Under the pieces are notes generated by a model, which did no database searches, had not been told where the DNA came from, and was given only the letters and a program-made list of their open reading frames with translations. A stretch of DNA of 64,000 bases from positions 47,864,001-47,928,000 of the forward strand of contig NC_043003.1 of assembly GCF_006345805.1 (NCBI RefSeq), written 5' to 3'. The DNA is from Octopus sinensis. Taxonomy: Eukaryota. The position numbers were made by a program, and so were the translations under genes. Of the stretch, positions 1 through 13,232 are shown piece after piece (within the stretch, counting starts at the first letter, position 1; every line of letters begins with the position of its first letter).

Positions 1-43
1 CCTACACCTATCTTCATTTTTTTATTTTCTGTAAATTTGAATG

Positions 44-80
<37 letters not shown>

Positions 81-81
<1 letters not shown>

Positions 82-445
82 GTACAGGAGTGGCTGTGTG
101 GTAAGTAGCTAGCTTAACAACAACATGGTTCCGAGTTCAGTCCCACTGCATGGCATCTTGGGTAAGTGTCTTCTACTATAGCCTTGTGAGTGGATTTGGT
201 AGATGGAAACTGAAAGAAGCTCGTCGTATATATGTATGTATGTGTTGTGTTTGTGTGTTTGTCCTCCCACCATTGCTTGACAACTGATGTTGGTATGTTT
301 ACATCCCCATGACTTAGTTGTTTGGCAAAAGAGAACGATAGAATAAGTACTAGGCATACAAAGAATAAATCCTGGGGTCGATTTGTTCGACTAAAGGCAG
401 TGCTCCAGCATTGCTGCAGTCAAATGACTGAAATAAATAAACGAA
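81..445 (+). mobile_element. tRNA-derived SINE, family A
   Basis: A/B-box-like head (gtggctgtgtggtaag...gagttcagtccc), ttgggtaagtgtctt core and a gctccagca..gcagtcaaatgactgaaa tail. Many other copies occur in the window. Confidence 0.8.
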
Positions 446-1494
446 TATGTATATAATATCATCATTGAAAACCGACATTAAATGATGATGATGATGATAC
501 ATATACATTCCAGTCTCCATTATTACCTTTATTTTTATGTAGGTTTTAGTATGCTGGTCTGGCCATGTGTATTAATAAATTTTATTTCATGATTACAAGA
601 AAAAATAAAATGGTGTTCATATGTCACTTTATATCGTCTTTTCTGTTAATGACTTTTTAATATCTGTCCACCTAATTCCACTGAATTCCTGGAATAGCAA
701 TTTTACTTCATTTATTTTGCATTCTTGGAATTTCCTGCATGGGTATGAGTGAGCTCTCCCCATCTGACTGTCCCTTTAAAACTTCATGGTGATAAAAGAC
801 TTTAATTGTGATTGGATAATCTGTTAAGATTTAGTAGATATTTTCAGTCCTTAATATGTTATTTGTATTTATCTTATGAATGTCTGGTGAATGAATAAAA
901 GATCATCCCTGAACCTGATGTTTTTTGGGATTTTTTTATTGCGCATTTTGACTATGATGTATATACTATAGAGAAGTTTGAACTCCTGATTTGTATGTGT
1001 TATTAACCACTGAAGCATACTGTGTCAGTAGCAGAACTATAGTAGTTTTAACTTAACTGTGTTTTTATCTACTCCTTCCTCTTTTTGTTTTCACCTAATA
1101 CAGGAACATTTTGACTGTGAATTCATAAATGTTTGGGATTTGCACTTTAAGTTAGAATGGTGAAAATGTGAATAAGAAAAAAGTGTTAAAGGAAATAAGT
1201 AGAGGACAGTATCTAAAAGTTCTCCGTTGATTTTCTTCATTTCAACAACAATTGAATCAACGAAACAGTTTTTTCACAGCTCTTTGAGATGATACAATAA
1301 AAATAAAAAGTAGGATAAAAATAGTTTCTGATAGAATAAAAATGTTAAATAAAAATATAAAACTCAGAAAATCCAATTACAAGTTGCTCTGCTGAACTGT
1401 CCAAGAATTCTGCTACCTCGACAGATATTTCTGTAACAGTCACGTTTAATTCTGACATGTGTTTGTTTGGTTTATGCCCCACGTTTGGAAAGTG

Positions 1495-2265
1495 ATCAAG
1501 TGGTTGGTAAGAGGCTGGTAGTAGCAGTGGTGGTGGTGGTGGTGGTGGTGGGGACTGTCAGTGGTAGTCATGTTGGCTGTATTGTCTTTGATGACTGTGG
1601 AATAGCAAGAGTGGATAATGCATGGAGGGTTGTTGCAGATGAGATGGAGACCACAGCGAGTGGGATGTTTGTCGGAGACGATAATTGAAGATGGGTAGAG
1701 GTGTTGAATATTGGCTTTGATGGCTTTTATTCAAGTGTGATAGTAATTACGGGGTTAATTGGCTGCAAACTAGCTTGTTATGATATTTTAGCCTTATCAT
1801 CATCATATTTTCAGTTATCACCATTTTGGTCAACATCTTCACCACCATCGCCATTCTCACACTTCCCTCATTTCTACGACTACCTGGATCATTCCCGCTT
1901 TTCCTGTCATCATCATCATTATCATCATCATCATCATCATTCCTCCCACCTCCAACACTGCTGTTGTCATCTCTGCCACGCCATACCCACCACTATCACT
2001 GCCATTATTGTTGCTTCTACCACCCTTCGCCATCACCACCACCACTCTGGCTTTACCTTTTCACCGTCACCAGTATCACTGTTATCACGGCTGCCATCCT
2101 CTTTATTGCCTACTCACACCTTCACCACCACCATTTCAAATCGACTGTCTCAGTGATTGCATATATAATAAATTTAATCAACATTCTCATCATTTCTTAA
2201 CCAAATTGATCCTTCAGTTACCAGGATCCCACCACCACTACCATCACCACAATCCAAATAACCAA
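1495..2265. repeat. Low-complexity (GGT/GAT)n then (CAT/CAC)n region
   Basis: Degenerate trinucleotide repeats that produce spurious His/Val-rich ORFs. Confidence 0.75.
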
Positions 2266-2524
2266 TCAGAGAAACAGAGCTAAAAGCTGCTTCTGTAGGC
2301 TGCTAATAGCTATTCCTGTGACGAAAGTTCTCTCTTTCTCTCGCTCCCTCTCTCCTCTATTTGTTTCTCCCCCCCTCTCTCTCTCTCTCTCTCTGTCTAT
2401 CTCTCTAATAAATAGAGATAGGATACAACAGATTCAATTAGATAAAGTTTTCATCTCACTTTGATGACATAAGTTCATTTGTAAAAGTCCTTTTCTTTCT
2501 GTCTTTCTTTTCCTTTGTTGTTAG

Positions 2525-3090
2525 ACTGTGAGCTGGCAGAATTATTAGCATGCTGGACAAAATGCTTAGCAGTTTTCGCCCGTCTCTACATTCTGAGTTC
2601 GAATTCCGCTGAGGTCGACTTTGCCTTTCATCCTTTCAGGGTCAATAAATTAAGCACCAGTTGCGTACTGGGGTCGATGTAATCGACTTAACCCCTTCAC
2701 CATAATTGCTTGCCCTTGTGGCAAAATTTGGAATTATTTATTATTATCATTACTAAGGCAGCGAGCTAACAGAATCATTAGCACACTGGAGTTGATGTAA
2801 TTGACTAGTCTCCTCCCTGCAAATTTCAAGCCCTGTGCCTTTATTAGAAAGGATTATTGTTATTATTATTAAGGTGGTGTGCTGGCAGAATTGTTAGCAT
2901 GCAGGATGAAATGCTTAGCTGTATTTCGCCTATTGCCATGTTCTGAGTTCAAATTCTGCCACGGTCAACTTTACCTTTCATCCTTCCAGAGTCAGTAAAT
3001 TAAGTACCAGTTGAGTACAGGGGTCGATGTAATCAACTATCCCCCTCCTCCAAATTTCAGGCCTTGTGCCTATAATAGAAAGGATTATTA
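2525..3090 (+). mobile_element. Cluster of three tRNA-derived SINE family B copies
   Basis: Repeated gagctggcagaat..ttagca...ttctgagttcaaattc...gcctttcatcctt..gg.tc.ataaattaagtaccagtt units separated by (TTA)n tails. Confidence 0.8.
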
Positions 3091-3532
3091 TTATTTAGTG
3101 CAATTGATTAAATGTCCTACAATATTTCATTTCATCCCTTTTAGTCTGAATTCAAATCTTGCTGGGGTTGATTTTTTTTTTTCCTCATCCTTTCAGGGTT
3201 GATAAAATATGTGCCATTCAAATACTAACATCATCAATTATACCTTAATGAACCTTTCTCTCCCATCAAAACATATGGTTTTTTGTTACCAGTTTTGGTG
3301 GATGCTAGAATTGGTAGAGTGTCTGATGAAATGCTTTGTAATATTTGGTTACATCCCTCTACATTGTGAGATCAAATCCTTCCAGAATCAGTTTTGCATT
3401 CATCCTTCTGAGATTGATAAAATAAGAATCAGATAAATAAATACAAGTGTCGATTTTATTGTCTATTTGATCCCCCTTGCATTTTGCAGTCTTGTACTTA
3501 TCTCTGTGTATGTGTGTAATTAGAAATAGTCA

Positions 3533-4186
3533 TCATCATCATCATCATTTAATGTCCACGCTGGCATGGACTACATTGTTTGACTGGGACTGATAAGCCA
3601 GAGAGTTGCACCAGACTTCAGTCATTTATTTTGGCTTAGCTTTTATGGTTGGTTGCCCTTCCTAACGCCAACCACTTCACAGGGTGTACTGGGTGTTTCC
3701 TGCATGTCACTGGTACTAACCATGATTCACTTAGCTTGACGCATCTTCTCAAACACAGCAAATTACTAAAAGTCTTGGTCATTTGTCATTGCCTCCATGA
3801 GGCTTAACAACTGAAGATCATATTTCACCACCCCATCCCACTCTTCCTGGGTTTACCCCATCCACACATTCCTTCTACAATTAGAGTTTGGCACTTCTTT
3901 ATGCAGTTGTCCTCATCCATATGCATCACATGACCATACTAGTGCAGTTGTTGCTCTTGCACCCATCTGATACCTCTTGTACCCAATTTTACTCTTAAAA
4001 CGCTAACACTCTGTCACACATGCACACTGACATTGGACATCCAGCAGAGCATGTTGGCTTCATTTCTTTCAAGCCTTCATATTTTCTCTACAGCTATAGC
4101 TTATGTTTCATTGCCATGTAGCATGGCAGTTTGTACACAGGCATCATACAATCTGCCTTTCACTCTGAGGGAGAGGCCCTTTGTTA
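3533..4186 (-). mobile_element. RTE-clade LINE 3' fragment (decayed)
   Basis: Homologous to 8931-9996; (ATG)n tail, KGLPLRVKGRLYDACV-like coding remnant. Confidence 0.75.
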
Positions 4187-5131
4187 CAATTATTATTATT
4201 ATGTGAGAGAGCAATGCATACCATTAAAGTAACACAGGGGTACAGATATATAAAGCCCAATATACCCATCATGCCTCCCCATCTGATAAGGCTACACCAG
4301 GCACATACATCACCACCATGTGCATGGCATGGTGATTTCATATCAAGATTAACAGCGCATGACCTTGCAAGTGGGGTCCAGTTAGAATTTTCTTCAGGTC
4401 GAGTAGCCCGTACCGCTCAAAAGGTCCCAGAATAAGGTTTGTTTAAGGATAATGAGCAAAACAACCACGTTTCCAGGGGTGAATTAATTAAGCCCCAAAG
4501 AATTCCGTTCAACACCCCTACTACTCCTATTCATGATTAGATATGCACATATCAGCAGTCACTAAGGGACATGTTCGACTGATTATGGTCAAGCAACCGA
4601 CAAGCAAATCTGCAGTGTTGAGCAGAATATTTGCCATAGCCTGTCTTTTATGCCAAAACAAAACATGAACATGATAGCATTTCCTATCAATTCAGATCAG
4701 AAAGATTAGAAGTTGTAAGATCCACTGCCTGGTTCCTCATCAGGGCATTACTATTATCGTTAAGGTGGCAAGCTGGCAGAATTATTAGCACGCTGGACGA
4801 AATGCTCAGCGCTATTTTTTCACTTTGCTTTTCGTCCTTTTGGGGTCAGTGTAATTGACTAGACCCCTTCCAAAAAATTTCAGGCCTTGTGCCTTTAGTA
4901 GAATGGATTATTATTATTATTATAATTGGATCAGAGTAGTCTCTTCCCCTCAAAATTGCTGCCCTTGTGCTGTAATTATTATAAAGGCGGTGAACTTAGT
5001 AGATTGATAAAGTAAGTGCTTAGCTGTCATAAGTACTGGGATTGATATAATGAAGTAAACCGATTGTAGGTAATGCTCCAGTGTAGTTGCAGTCCAGTAG
5101 CTGATACCAGTAAAATTATTATATATATATA

Positions 5132-5518
5132 CTAGCAGTATCGCCCAGCGTTGCTCGGGTTTGTAAGGGAAATAACTATATAAGCATTTTTAGAGAGTTA
5201 TAGCCAAAAAATACATTAAAAATGGAAAAAAAAATTATGGTAAATTTTTTTTAAATCGTTGACTCATCGTAGACATTTTTAGAGAGTTACTTCCCTTATA
5301 TAATATCGAAAAAATGCATTAAAATGGAAAAAAATTATGGTAAATTTTTTTTTTAATCGTAGAGTCATCGTAGACGCATGCTAATACCCAGAAGGGCTCG
5401 CTATGAATCACGACTATAAGATACCCGGTTTTGGTTAAACTGCACCGCAAAATGTGGGAGTAGTTAGGAATCTGAATCGTAGGAGACAGACACACAACTT
5501 GACTTTTATATATAAAGA
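5132..5518 (-). mobile_element. Non-autonomous Helitron
   Basis: Minus strand starts A|TCTTTATATATAAAAG and ends with a hairpin (cccgagcaacgctgggc) then CTAG|T. Contains an internal ~95-bp tandem duplication. Confidence 0.8.
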
Positions 5519-6187
5519 TATTCATATAATACATACACACACTGCTCTCTTGCTCTTGCTATATCTCTCAGTCTCTGTTCTATCCAACTCTCTACTATTT
5601 CTTTACCATCTTTCTCATCTTATACTTACTTGACTCTCTAATACCCTCTTCTTTTCTATATGACTCCTATTACTCTATCTAGTTTGCTTCCTCTCTTTTC
5701 ATACTCTCAACCCACCTAAAAAAAAACTAACTTTAATTTCTTAAGCCCTTGACTCCTTAATTTTTCATCACTGTTTTTGACTCTGGCTATCTTTTCTGTA
5801 TTTCCAGTTATATTCCTGCTTTTGCAGCTCTTCCTTGGTATTCTACCTCCAGCTATTTTTTTGCCTCTGTTGTGGTTCTAGGTCCCTAACAGAAATCCTT
5901 CCATTTTCAGAACTTGTTGGTTTTGAATTGTCATTGTTACTTCTTTAACTTAGCTTTTGTTTTCTAGGTAGGAATGTTTGTCCTGTGTATACACATTTTT
6001 ACCTGAGAAGTGGTGATCCATAGTGGTTTGACCTCTGTCCCTTGGCCTGTCCTTTGAAATTCCTAGTGGGAGATTCCACTGGTATAATCTTAGTCACTGA
6101 GGTACACTACAACAAAAATGGGACCTTGTGGTGCTCCCTCCTCAACGCAGAAATACTAAAACTTATTCTATTTCTTTGTCCCTTTAG

Positions 6188-6323
6188 AAAATACAAAGAA
6201 GCTCTTGAGTACCATGAGTATGCCTTGACCCTTTGTCCTCACACACCGTCCACATATTCAGCCATCGGCTACGTCTATGTACTGATGGGTCAAAGCCTGA
6301 AAGCTGTTGATTATTTCCACAAG
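6188..6323 (+). CDS. CDC16: CDC16/APC6 (anaphase-promoting complex TPR subunit), internal exon
   Basis: Acceptor tttag at 6187 and donor gtaaag at 6324. Translation KYKEALEYHEYALTLCPHTPSTYSAIGYVYVLMGQSLKAVDYFHK matches the last TPR of metazoan CDC16 (..KYAEALDYHRQAL..STYSAIGY..AVDYFH..). Upstream exons were not found in the window. Confidence 0.93.
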
Positions 6324-8486
6324 GTAAAGTATCACTTATCTATTTTAATAATATGACAGATCCACTTCAAGTTATTCTGTTCCCAACATACACGAGGCAC
6401 TAACTGATTCCTGGGGTGTAAAACTACTTGTTTTTTAAGTGTTTATGTTTAAATAAAACTTTCCATCATCATTTTATGTAAGAATCCTTTGTTGTGTAAT
6501 CTTTCAAACACCAGGTTAATATCAATAATGGAAAAGTTAATTATTTTACTAAACCTCTTCAAATTTTAATTAATTTAAAACATTTATTTTTAAAAATCAG
6601 CCCTATGTTGTATTAGAAGAAACAAGTTCTTAGCTTACTGTATGAACAATAAAGTTTAAACAAGGTGATTGTATAAAATACAAGGTGAAAATGCTATAGA
6701 ACTGTCTTAATTCTTGGTTAACTGAAATTATCTAATTATTTTGACTTCAAATTTTGTTATTAAAGAGAAGGAAGAAAGAAAGAAATTTTTCTTTCTTTCA
6801 AATTATACTAAATGCTACCTTTAGCTTAGAAGCCACAAGGCAAGAGCTTATCTGAATTTTCAAGGCATGAAGGCTGAGAGTATAAAACTTCCCATTGAAC
6901 AAGACACTAATTCATTATTGGGTTGAACCCTTCCTTCCTAGGTATCACTTGTACTCATTTTCAGGAACTGGAGAAATATGAAATGAAGTGCCTGCTGAAG
7001 GACACAACGAGCTGCTCAATCAAAGAATTGAACCCACAATCAAACAGTCATGAGCCCAACGCCCTAACTACTAGGGAATAAAATGTATATGGTCAAAGAC
7101 CAAATGTGGCTGAAGGGCATCAAGGACTTCTTTTATAAGTGAAATAAAACAAAAACAACAGCAAGCATATCATCATCATTGCTTTGATGTCCACTTTTCT
7201 ATATTTGCTTGGATCAATTTGTTGAAGCAGATTTTTTTTTTTTTTTTGCTGGATGCCATTCCACTCACCAGTTTCCAAGCAGGGTAATATTTCCGTTTGG
7301 CTTGACATGTTTTTATGGAAGATTGGAAGTGACCAACACTGCTTGTCTTACAATGATGCTTGTTTACAATTATTGCATGATGTCCAGACAAGGACACTTC
7401 CACATCCATACACATGTGTATGTGTGAGGAGGGCGAGGTCTTGTTTTGTGAGCACTTGTTGACCTCCCTCGTGTTGGTGCCATGAAGAAAGAACACTGTA
7501 TATAGTGTAAAGTGGCTGCCATTAGGAAGGGCATCATACTGAAGCAAACATTAAACTCAATAAACTCTGTCTGATCAATGCAAACATGTTGAAGTGGATG
7601 TTAAACAATGATGAAACACTACTTAATTAAGTGTCCTCCAGTGAATAACGAACATTTGCTTTATTAACTTTGGAGTAGTTGTAGTAGCAGTATGGAGCAT
7701 CACTGCATCCACCATTTGTTAGGGATTTCCTACTCCTGACAGACAACACCTTTGCACTACACAGGCGATAACCCTCCAACCCATGAGGCTGTTTGGTGAT
7801 GGTTTTACAAGGTCGGAGTGCAGATCCTACCCCAATCTCTTTTAATTACCTTTTACAACATGCAGAAAAAACTTTGGATGTATTCTTTGACATGCCAGTC
7901 ACCTTGGGGGTTGAAAGGTAACTTAAGCCTCTGTGTGATGTGAGTTCAGAACATACAAGCAAATTTTAACTATGGCCTTATCATTTCTACCAATACACTC
8001 TTAGTACAAGATATTAAGACAACAGAAATAACAGTGGTTACTGGCAGAAGTGGTAGAATATTACATTATATGTCTTACCAGTATTGGTTATTTTTGTTCC
8101 TTTATGTTTTTAAGTTCCAGTGTTACTGTGTTGGTGTCACCTTCCACCCTTCTGGGTAGGTCTACAGTGGGGTGCTTTAGGTAAAAGAAAATACAAGAAG
8201 ATCAGTTAACTATGTTTTTATTCAACATTCCATTCTCAGATTCACAAACTTATTGCAGCAGTCCTTCAGTTTTTCTAATCCCTATAAAAGAACTCAGAAG
8301 GTTGGGCCTCCAACCAGGCCTTTTGTGATACCCTTAAAGCCAGGAATTTTTCAGTACCCTATGTGTATAAGATAAACATTAACTGTACATTGAATAGTCT
8401 TTTGTGCTTGTCACTAGTCAAAAAAAAAATTAAATGTTAATTTTGCCTTCTGTTATCCTTTAATTTTCCTTTATGCTATTTTCTAG

Positions 8487-8577
8487 GCTCTGGGTATTCG
8501 CCGTGATGACTCGTTCTCAACAACTATGTTACAGCAAGTTCTTGATGTCCTGATTGCAGAGACTGTCCCCTTCGGTG
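8487..8577 (+). CDS. CDC16: CDC16/APC6 penultimate coding exon
   Basis: Polypyrimidine-ttctag acceptor and gtaaga donor. Joins the previous exon in phase 0 and encodes ALGIRRDDSFSTTMLQQVLDVLIAETVPFG, matching CDC16 ALGLRRDDTFSVTML. Ends in phase 1. Confidence 0.92.
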
Positions 8578-8930
8578 GTAAGACAACATGAATTTTTAAT
8601 TGTTCATATAACTGGTACAACTACGGTGAATCAAGATAGAAAGATTGCATGGAAGGGGATGCTTGTAAGGGCTTTATTCATGAACTACTAAGAATCTAGA
8701 TTGAGAAAATACTTGTCAGTTAGAGAGGGTCAAAAATGGCTTGCAAGGAATTGCAGTGTTTATAGGTGCAGGTGTGGTTATGTGGTTAAGAATTGTGCTT
8801 CCCAACCACACAGCATTGGGTTCAGTCCCACTGTATGGCACCTTGGCCAGATGTCTTCTACTGTAGCCTCAGGTTCACTAAAGCCTTATGAGTGGAATTG
8901 GCACAGGGGAACTGAAAGAAGCCCATTGCA

Positions 8931-9996
8931 TATCATCATCGTTTAACGTCCGTTTTCTATGTTGGCATGGGTTGGACGGTTTGACCGAACTCTGGAAAGC
9001 TAGCGGCTGCACCAGGCTCCAATCTGGTCTGACAATGTTTCTACAGTTGGATGCCCTTCCTAACGCCAACCACTCTGAGAGTGTAGTCGGTGCTTTTTAC
9101 TTTCCATTGGCACAGGAGCCAGTCAGGCAGCCCTGACATCAATCATATTCAGATAGTGATTTTTATGTGCTACTGGCACAGGAGGCACTGGCATCAACCA
9201 CGTTTGGATGGTGCTTTTTATGTGCCACCGGTGCAGGGGCCAGTCAGGCGGACCTGGCATTGACCATGTTTGGACAGTGCTTTTTACATGCTACTGGCAC
9301 GGGAGCCTGTCACGGGGCACTGACCACAATTACGATTTTGGTTTTTGGTTTTACTTGACTCAACAGGTCTTCTAAAGCATATCATATCATCTGACGAATC
9401 GAGGGTACTTTTAAATGGGCCAGACTTGCAAAACTGGCATCGTCCATGGCTGCAATCTCACTTTAGTTGCCAGGTATTCTCAATACAACATACCTCCAAA
9501 TGTCTCAGTCTCTGTTATTGCCTCTGTGAGGCCCAGTATTCGAAGGTCATGCTTCACCACCTCATCCCATGTCTTCCTGGATCTACCTCTTCCACAGGTT
9601 CCTTCCACAGTTAGGGTGTGGCACTTCCTCACACAGCTGTTCTCATCCAAACAACATAACACATGACTATACCTGCACAGTTGTCTCTCTTGCACACCAC
9701 ATTTGATGCTTCTTATGTCCAACTTTTCTCTCAGGGCACTCACATTCTGTCATGTATGCATACTCACATTACACATCCAGTGGATCATACCAGCTTCATT
9801 TTTGTCAAGCCTATGCATGTCCTCAGCAGTTACAGCCCATGTTTCACTACTGTGTAGCATGGCTGTTCACACACATGCATCATACAGTCTACCTTTCATC
9901 ATGAGCGAGAGGTCCTTAGTTGCTAGCAGAGATAGGGGTTCCCTGAACTTTACCCAGGCTATTCTTATTCTATCTGCTACACTCTCAGAGCATCCA
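8931..9996 (-). mobile_element. RTE-clade (BovB-like) LINE, 5'-truncated
   Basis: Coding remnants RIRIAWVKFRE..KGRLYDACV and LREKLDIRSIKCGVQERQL..YSHV..VEGTCGRGRSRKTW, typical of the RTE ORF C-terminus. 3'UTR with tandem repeats and a (GAT)n tail. Confidence 0.88.
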
Positions 9997-10093
9997 GTAT
10001 ATATATATATATATGTACATACATATATATATATTTCGTTTTGGGATTTGGTTTGCAAGATTCTTTATATGAGTTCGTGTGTTGAAGCATATT

Positions 10094-10351
10094 CTGTTGT
10101 GTCTGGGGAGAGTCATTTTCTTTTTGTGCCTTATAATGTAACACACTCACTGGTAAAATTTCCACTTATTTCTTATTTTTAGATTCCTAAAATTTTTGTT
10201 GCGTCTTGCAACCTTTTCAAAACTATTGAAAAGGTTTCAAGACGCAATGAAAATTTTAGGAATCTGAAAATAAGAAATGAGTGGAAATTTTACCGGTGAG
10301 TGTGTTACATTATAAGGCACAAAAAGACCATGACTCTCCCCAGATACAACA

Positions 10352-10352
<1 letters not shown>
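10094..10352. repeat. Inverted repeat (arms 10094-10220 / 10226-10352) flanked by (TA)n, with a hammerhead-like motif
   Basis: Arms are near-perfect reverse complements with a 5-bp spacer. Confidence 0.9.
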
Positions 10353-10395
<43 letters not shown>

Positions 10396-11552
10396 TATAT
10401 AGGAGCTTCTACAGGACCTTATTTACTGTGGTTAACCCCGAATCAACCCGGGACCTACATATATATATATATATATATGCGGGTGGCACATAAAAAGCAC
10501 CCACTACACTCACGGAGTGGTTGGTGTTAGGAAGGGCATCCAGCCGTAGAAACACTGCCAGATCAGACTGGGCCTGATGCAGCCTTCTGGCTTCACAGAC
10601 CCCAGTTGAACCGTCCAACCCATGCTAGCATGGAAAGCGGACGCTAAATGATGATGATGATACATACATACATACATAAATATAATCAAAATAAACAACA
10701 AGGATATCCAGAGGTAATGCAGTACAATCGTTTCAAGCAACTCCATTTAATTGAACAATGCAATCATTACATCAATTTAAATGCAGAGCAATCCTCAGCT
10801 GCATAAAGACAGAATTTAATTAAATCAAAACAGATGGACACATTTGTATAATTTTACCTACAATCTCCAAGAAGGTAAGGAGATAGACGAAGAACATGCT
10901 GTCTTCACATCAGCTTAGAAGCTACTGAGGTATCAGGAAGAAAGACTTGCTACAGATTTTGCTTGTCACTGTTTTATGGGGTCAGTTTTAATTTTAATTT
11001 ATTGTGTCCTTCATATGTGTAGGTGATGTTTTGGTTTAAGTTTTTTGGTGTGTGTGTGTTTTGTGCTCATGGGTGTTTGTTTGTGTCTTCCTGTTTAGAC
11101 ATTTCATGACAGTTGTAAACAAACATAACCATCATACAAGTGGTGTTGTTCATTTCCAATCTTCCACGATAAATGTGTCCTCCATGAGGAAATATTACCT
11201 TGCTTGGAAACAGGTGAAAACTGGCAACAAGAGCAGCATCTAGCCATTTACCTGAATGAATTTTGATGACTGATGCAAGCATGGGAAAATTGACATTAAC
11301 ACAATAATGATACTACAGAGCTATTAATAAAATCCACTGTATATGGATTTGCAAGTGTGTGTGTTGGATTGTGTATGCATGTGTAAAGCATCTGTGAGTG
11401 TATGGATTTGTGTATGTTTGAAGGAATGTAGTTGGAAGGCCGGTAACCTAAGTATGACTAGATTTGCCATACTTTGTGATGGCAGTAAGAGGAAATTCTA
11501 GTGACATCTGTTTTTTTAATTTTTATTCCATTAAACTTTTGTTTCTTTGTAG

Positions 11553-11668
11553 ACATACCAAATGATGTGCCCTCACTTGAGCTTGTTGACTGCCCAAGCA
11601 ACCATCCTAAATTCTCCATGTCATCTGACACTGATGAAGTGGACATGGATGGAAGCAGTGATGGATAA
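11553..11668 (+). CDS. CDC16: CDC16/APC6 probable terminal coding exon (acidic tail)
   Basis: ttttgtttctttgtag acceptor, phase 1 compatible. Reads (D)IPNDVPSLELVDCPSNHPKFSMSSDTDEVDMDGSSDG* and is followed by about 1.2 kb of largely non-repetitive, UTR-like sequence. Confidence 0.75.
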
Positions 11669-12850
11669 CCAACACTACAAAGATAGACCACCTTAAAGAT
11701 TCCTTTGTTTATATATTTTTAAAACATTTCTCTCTCTCTCTCTCTCCTTATTGTCCAATCATCTGGATACAGACTACAACTGAGCAGAATACATCACTGA
11801 ACTTATGAAATGAGCAGTATTTTGCTAAAGCTATGAACCCAGTTGGCATACAACTAAATGAGTTTGGGCAGCTGTGCTACCATAATGGATGGCTTTGATT
11901 TTGAAATACTCAATGGAATGCATTTGATGTACCAGTGGAATGTCATTATGATTTTAGAATATAACCACAGTGGAATGATCTGCTGCACTTAGACAGCAAC
12001 ACTTTATTGCAATATTGGAAAAACACCTGAAAATGTAGTGCAGTGTTGTGTATATATGTATGTATTTATGTATATATGTGTGAGGGGGTGTTGATTATAG
12101 TTAATACGATATTGATACAAAAGTGTGATGGTGTGAGATTAAAGAAACGACTAACTGTCCTCACTTATATAGTTCCCTTTTAGGCACACAATGTTAAATC
12201 TTACTGTATGGACTTAACCAGTTATTGGTAGGTTTACAAGGACATAAACACATTAGAACACTTCTTTCCCTTGCTTGCTGCATCAAGTAGGTAAAGAGAG
12301 TAGCTACAAAACGTGCATATTTTGTGTGTTCTTAGAAAATATTCATCTGTGTGTATGTATGTGTGTGTGTGTGTTTGCATGCACCCTTGTAACCTCACTT
12401 AGTAAACGATCTTGGTGAGATAGGGAGAGAATTATTTAGGAGTGCTTCTTATGAGACTGACTACATCTTTGAGTATATAATGTAAACCCTCACGTAAAAA
12501 CACGCATAAATGAACATACACTTTAATAGACAAACTCACATACACACAGAGCAAGAAACACACATGTTCTCCACCAAGCTTGCAACATAAAAAATTCTGA
12601 ATGGGAATTTGATGTAATCAGACAGCTGTCTTGAGATGTCGTTTCAAATCTCTCATTGTGGGCCCTTACTGTTGAAGATATCCACTGTTAACTTAACCTT
12701 GTGAAGGGACATATTTCAAATTCTGCGCCAAACTAGGTCTGCTCTTTATCAATGTGACCATCCCAAAGTAGGAAGCAACAGTTTTTACAAAATCTCCTCT
12801 CCCACCTATCAAAGACGAACAACAGAAATTGAACATTTTTCACGACTATT

Positions 12851-12856
12851 AATAAA
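12851..12856 (+). promoter_or_regulatory. Candidate polyadenylation signal of CDC16
   Basis: AATAAA at the end of the unique 3'UTR-like stretch, followed by a T/GT-rich downstream element (ttttgtttttgtgtt). Confidence 0.5.
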
Positions 12857-13232
12857 TTGAATTAATATATATTTTGTTTTTGTGTTATATATTCCTTAAA
12901 GACCATCCCAGGTAAGCTATTACCACTATAAAGTAAGATCCAGAATCCAAAGAAACTAGTCTGCATTGGCAAAAGTTAATCCATCTAAATTTGGTGAGTT
13001 GATTCAGAGACTTGTCTGTTTTATTATTACTACTTCTACATCAGGTGGTGAGCTGGCAGAATTGTTTGCATGTCAGACAAAATGTTTAGCAGCGTTTCAT
13101 CTGTCTTTATGTTCTGAGTTAGATGTCTTCATACATATTTATCAACTACGCATCCCCCAAAACTGGGGCCTTGTGCCTGTGACAAATTATTATTACTATC
13201 CTTATTAGGGCAATGGGTGATCTTTACTTTTT

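Noticed and set aside
81-160. tRNA genes at SINE heads
   Set aside because: Only A/B-box remnants are present, with no complete cloverleaf, and they are continuous with SINE bodies.
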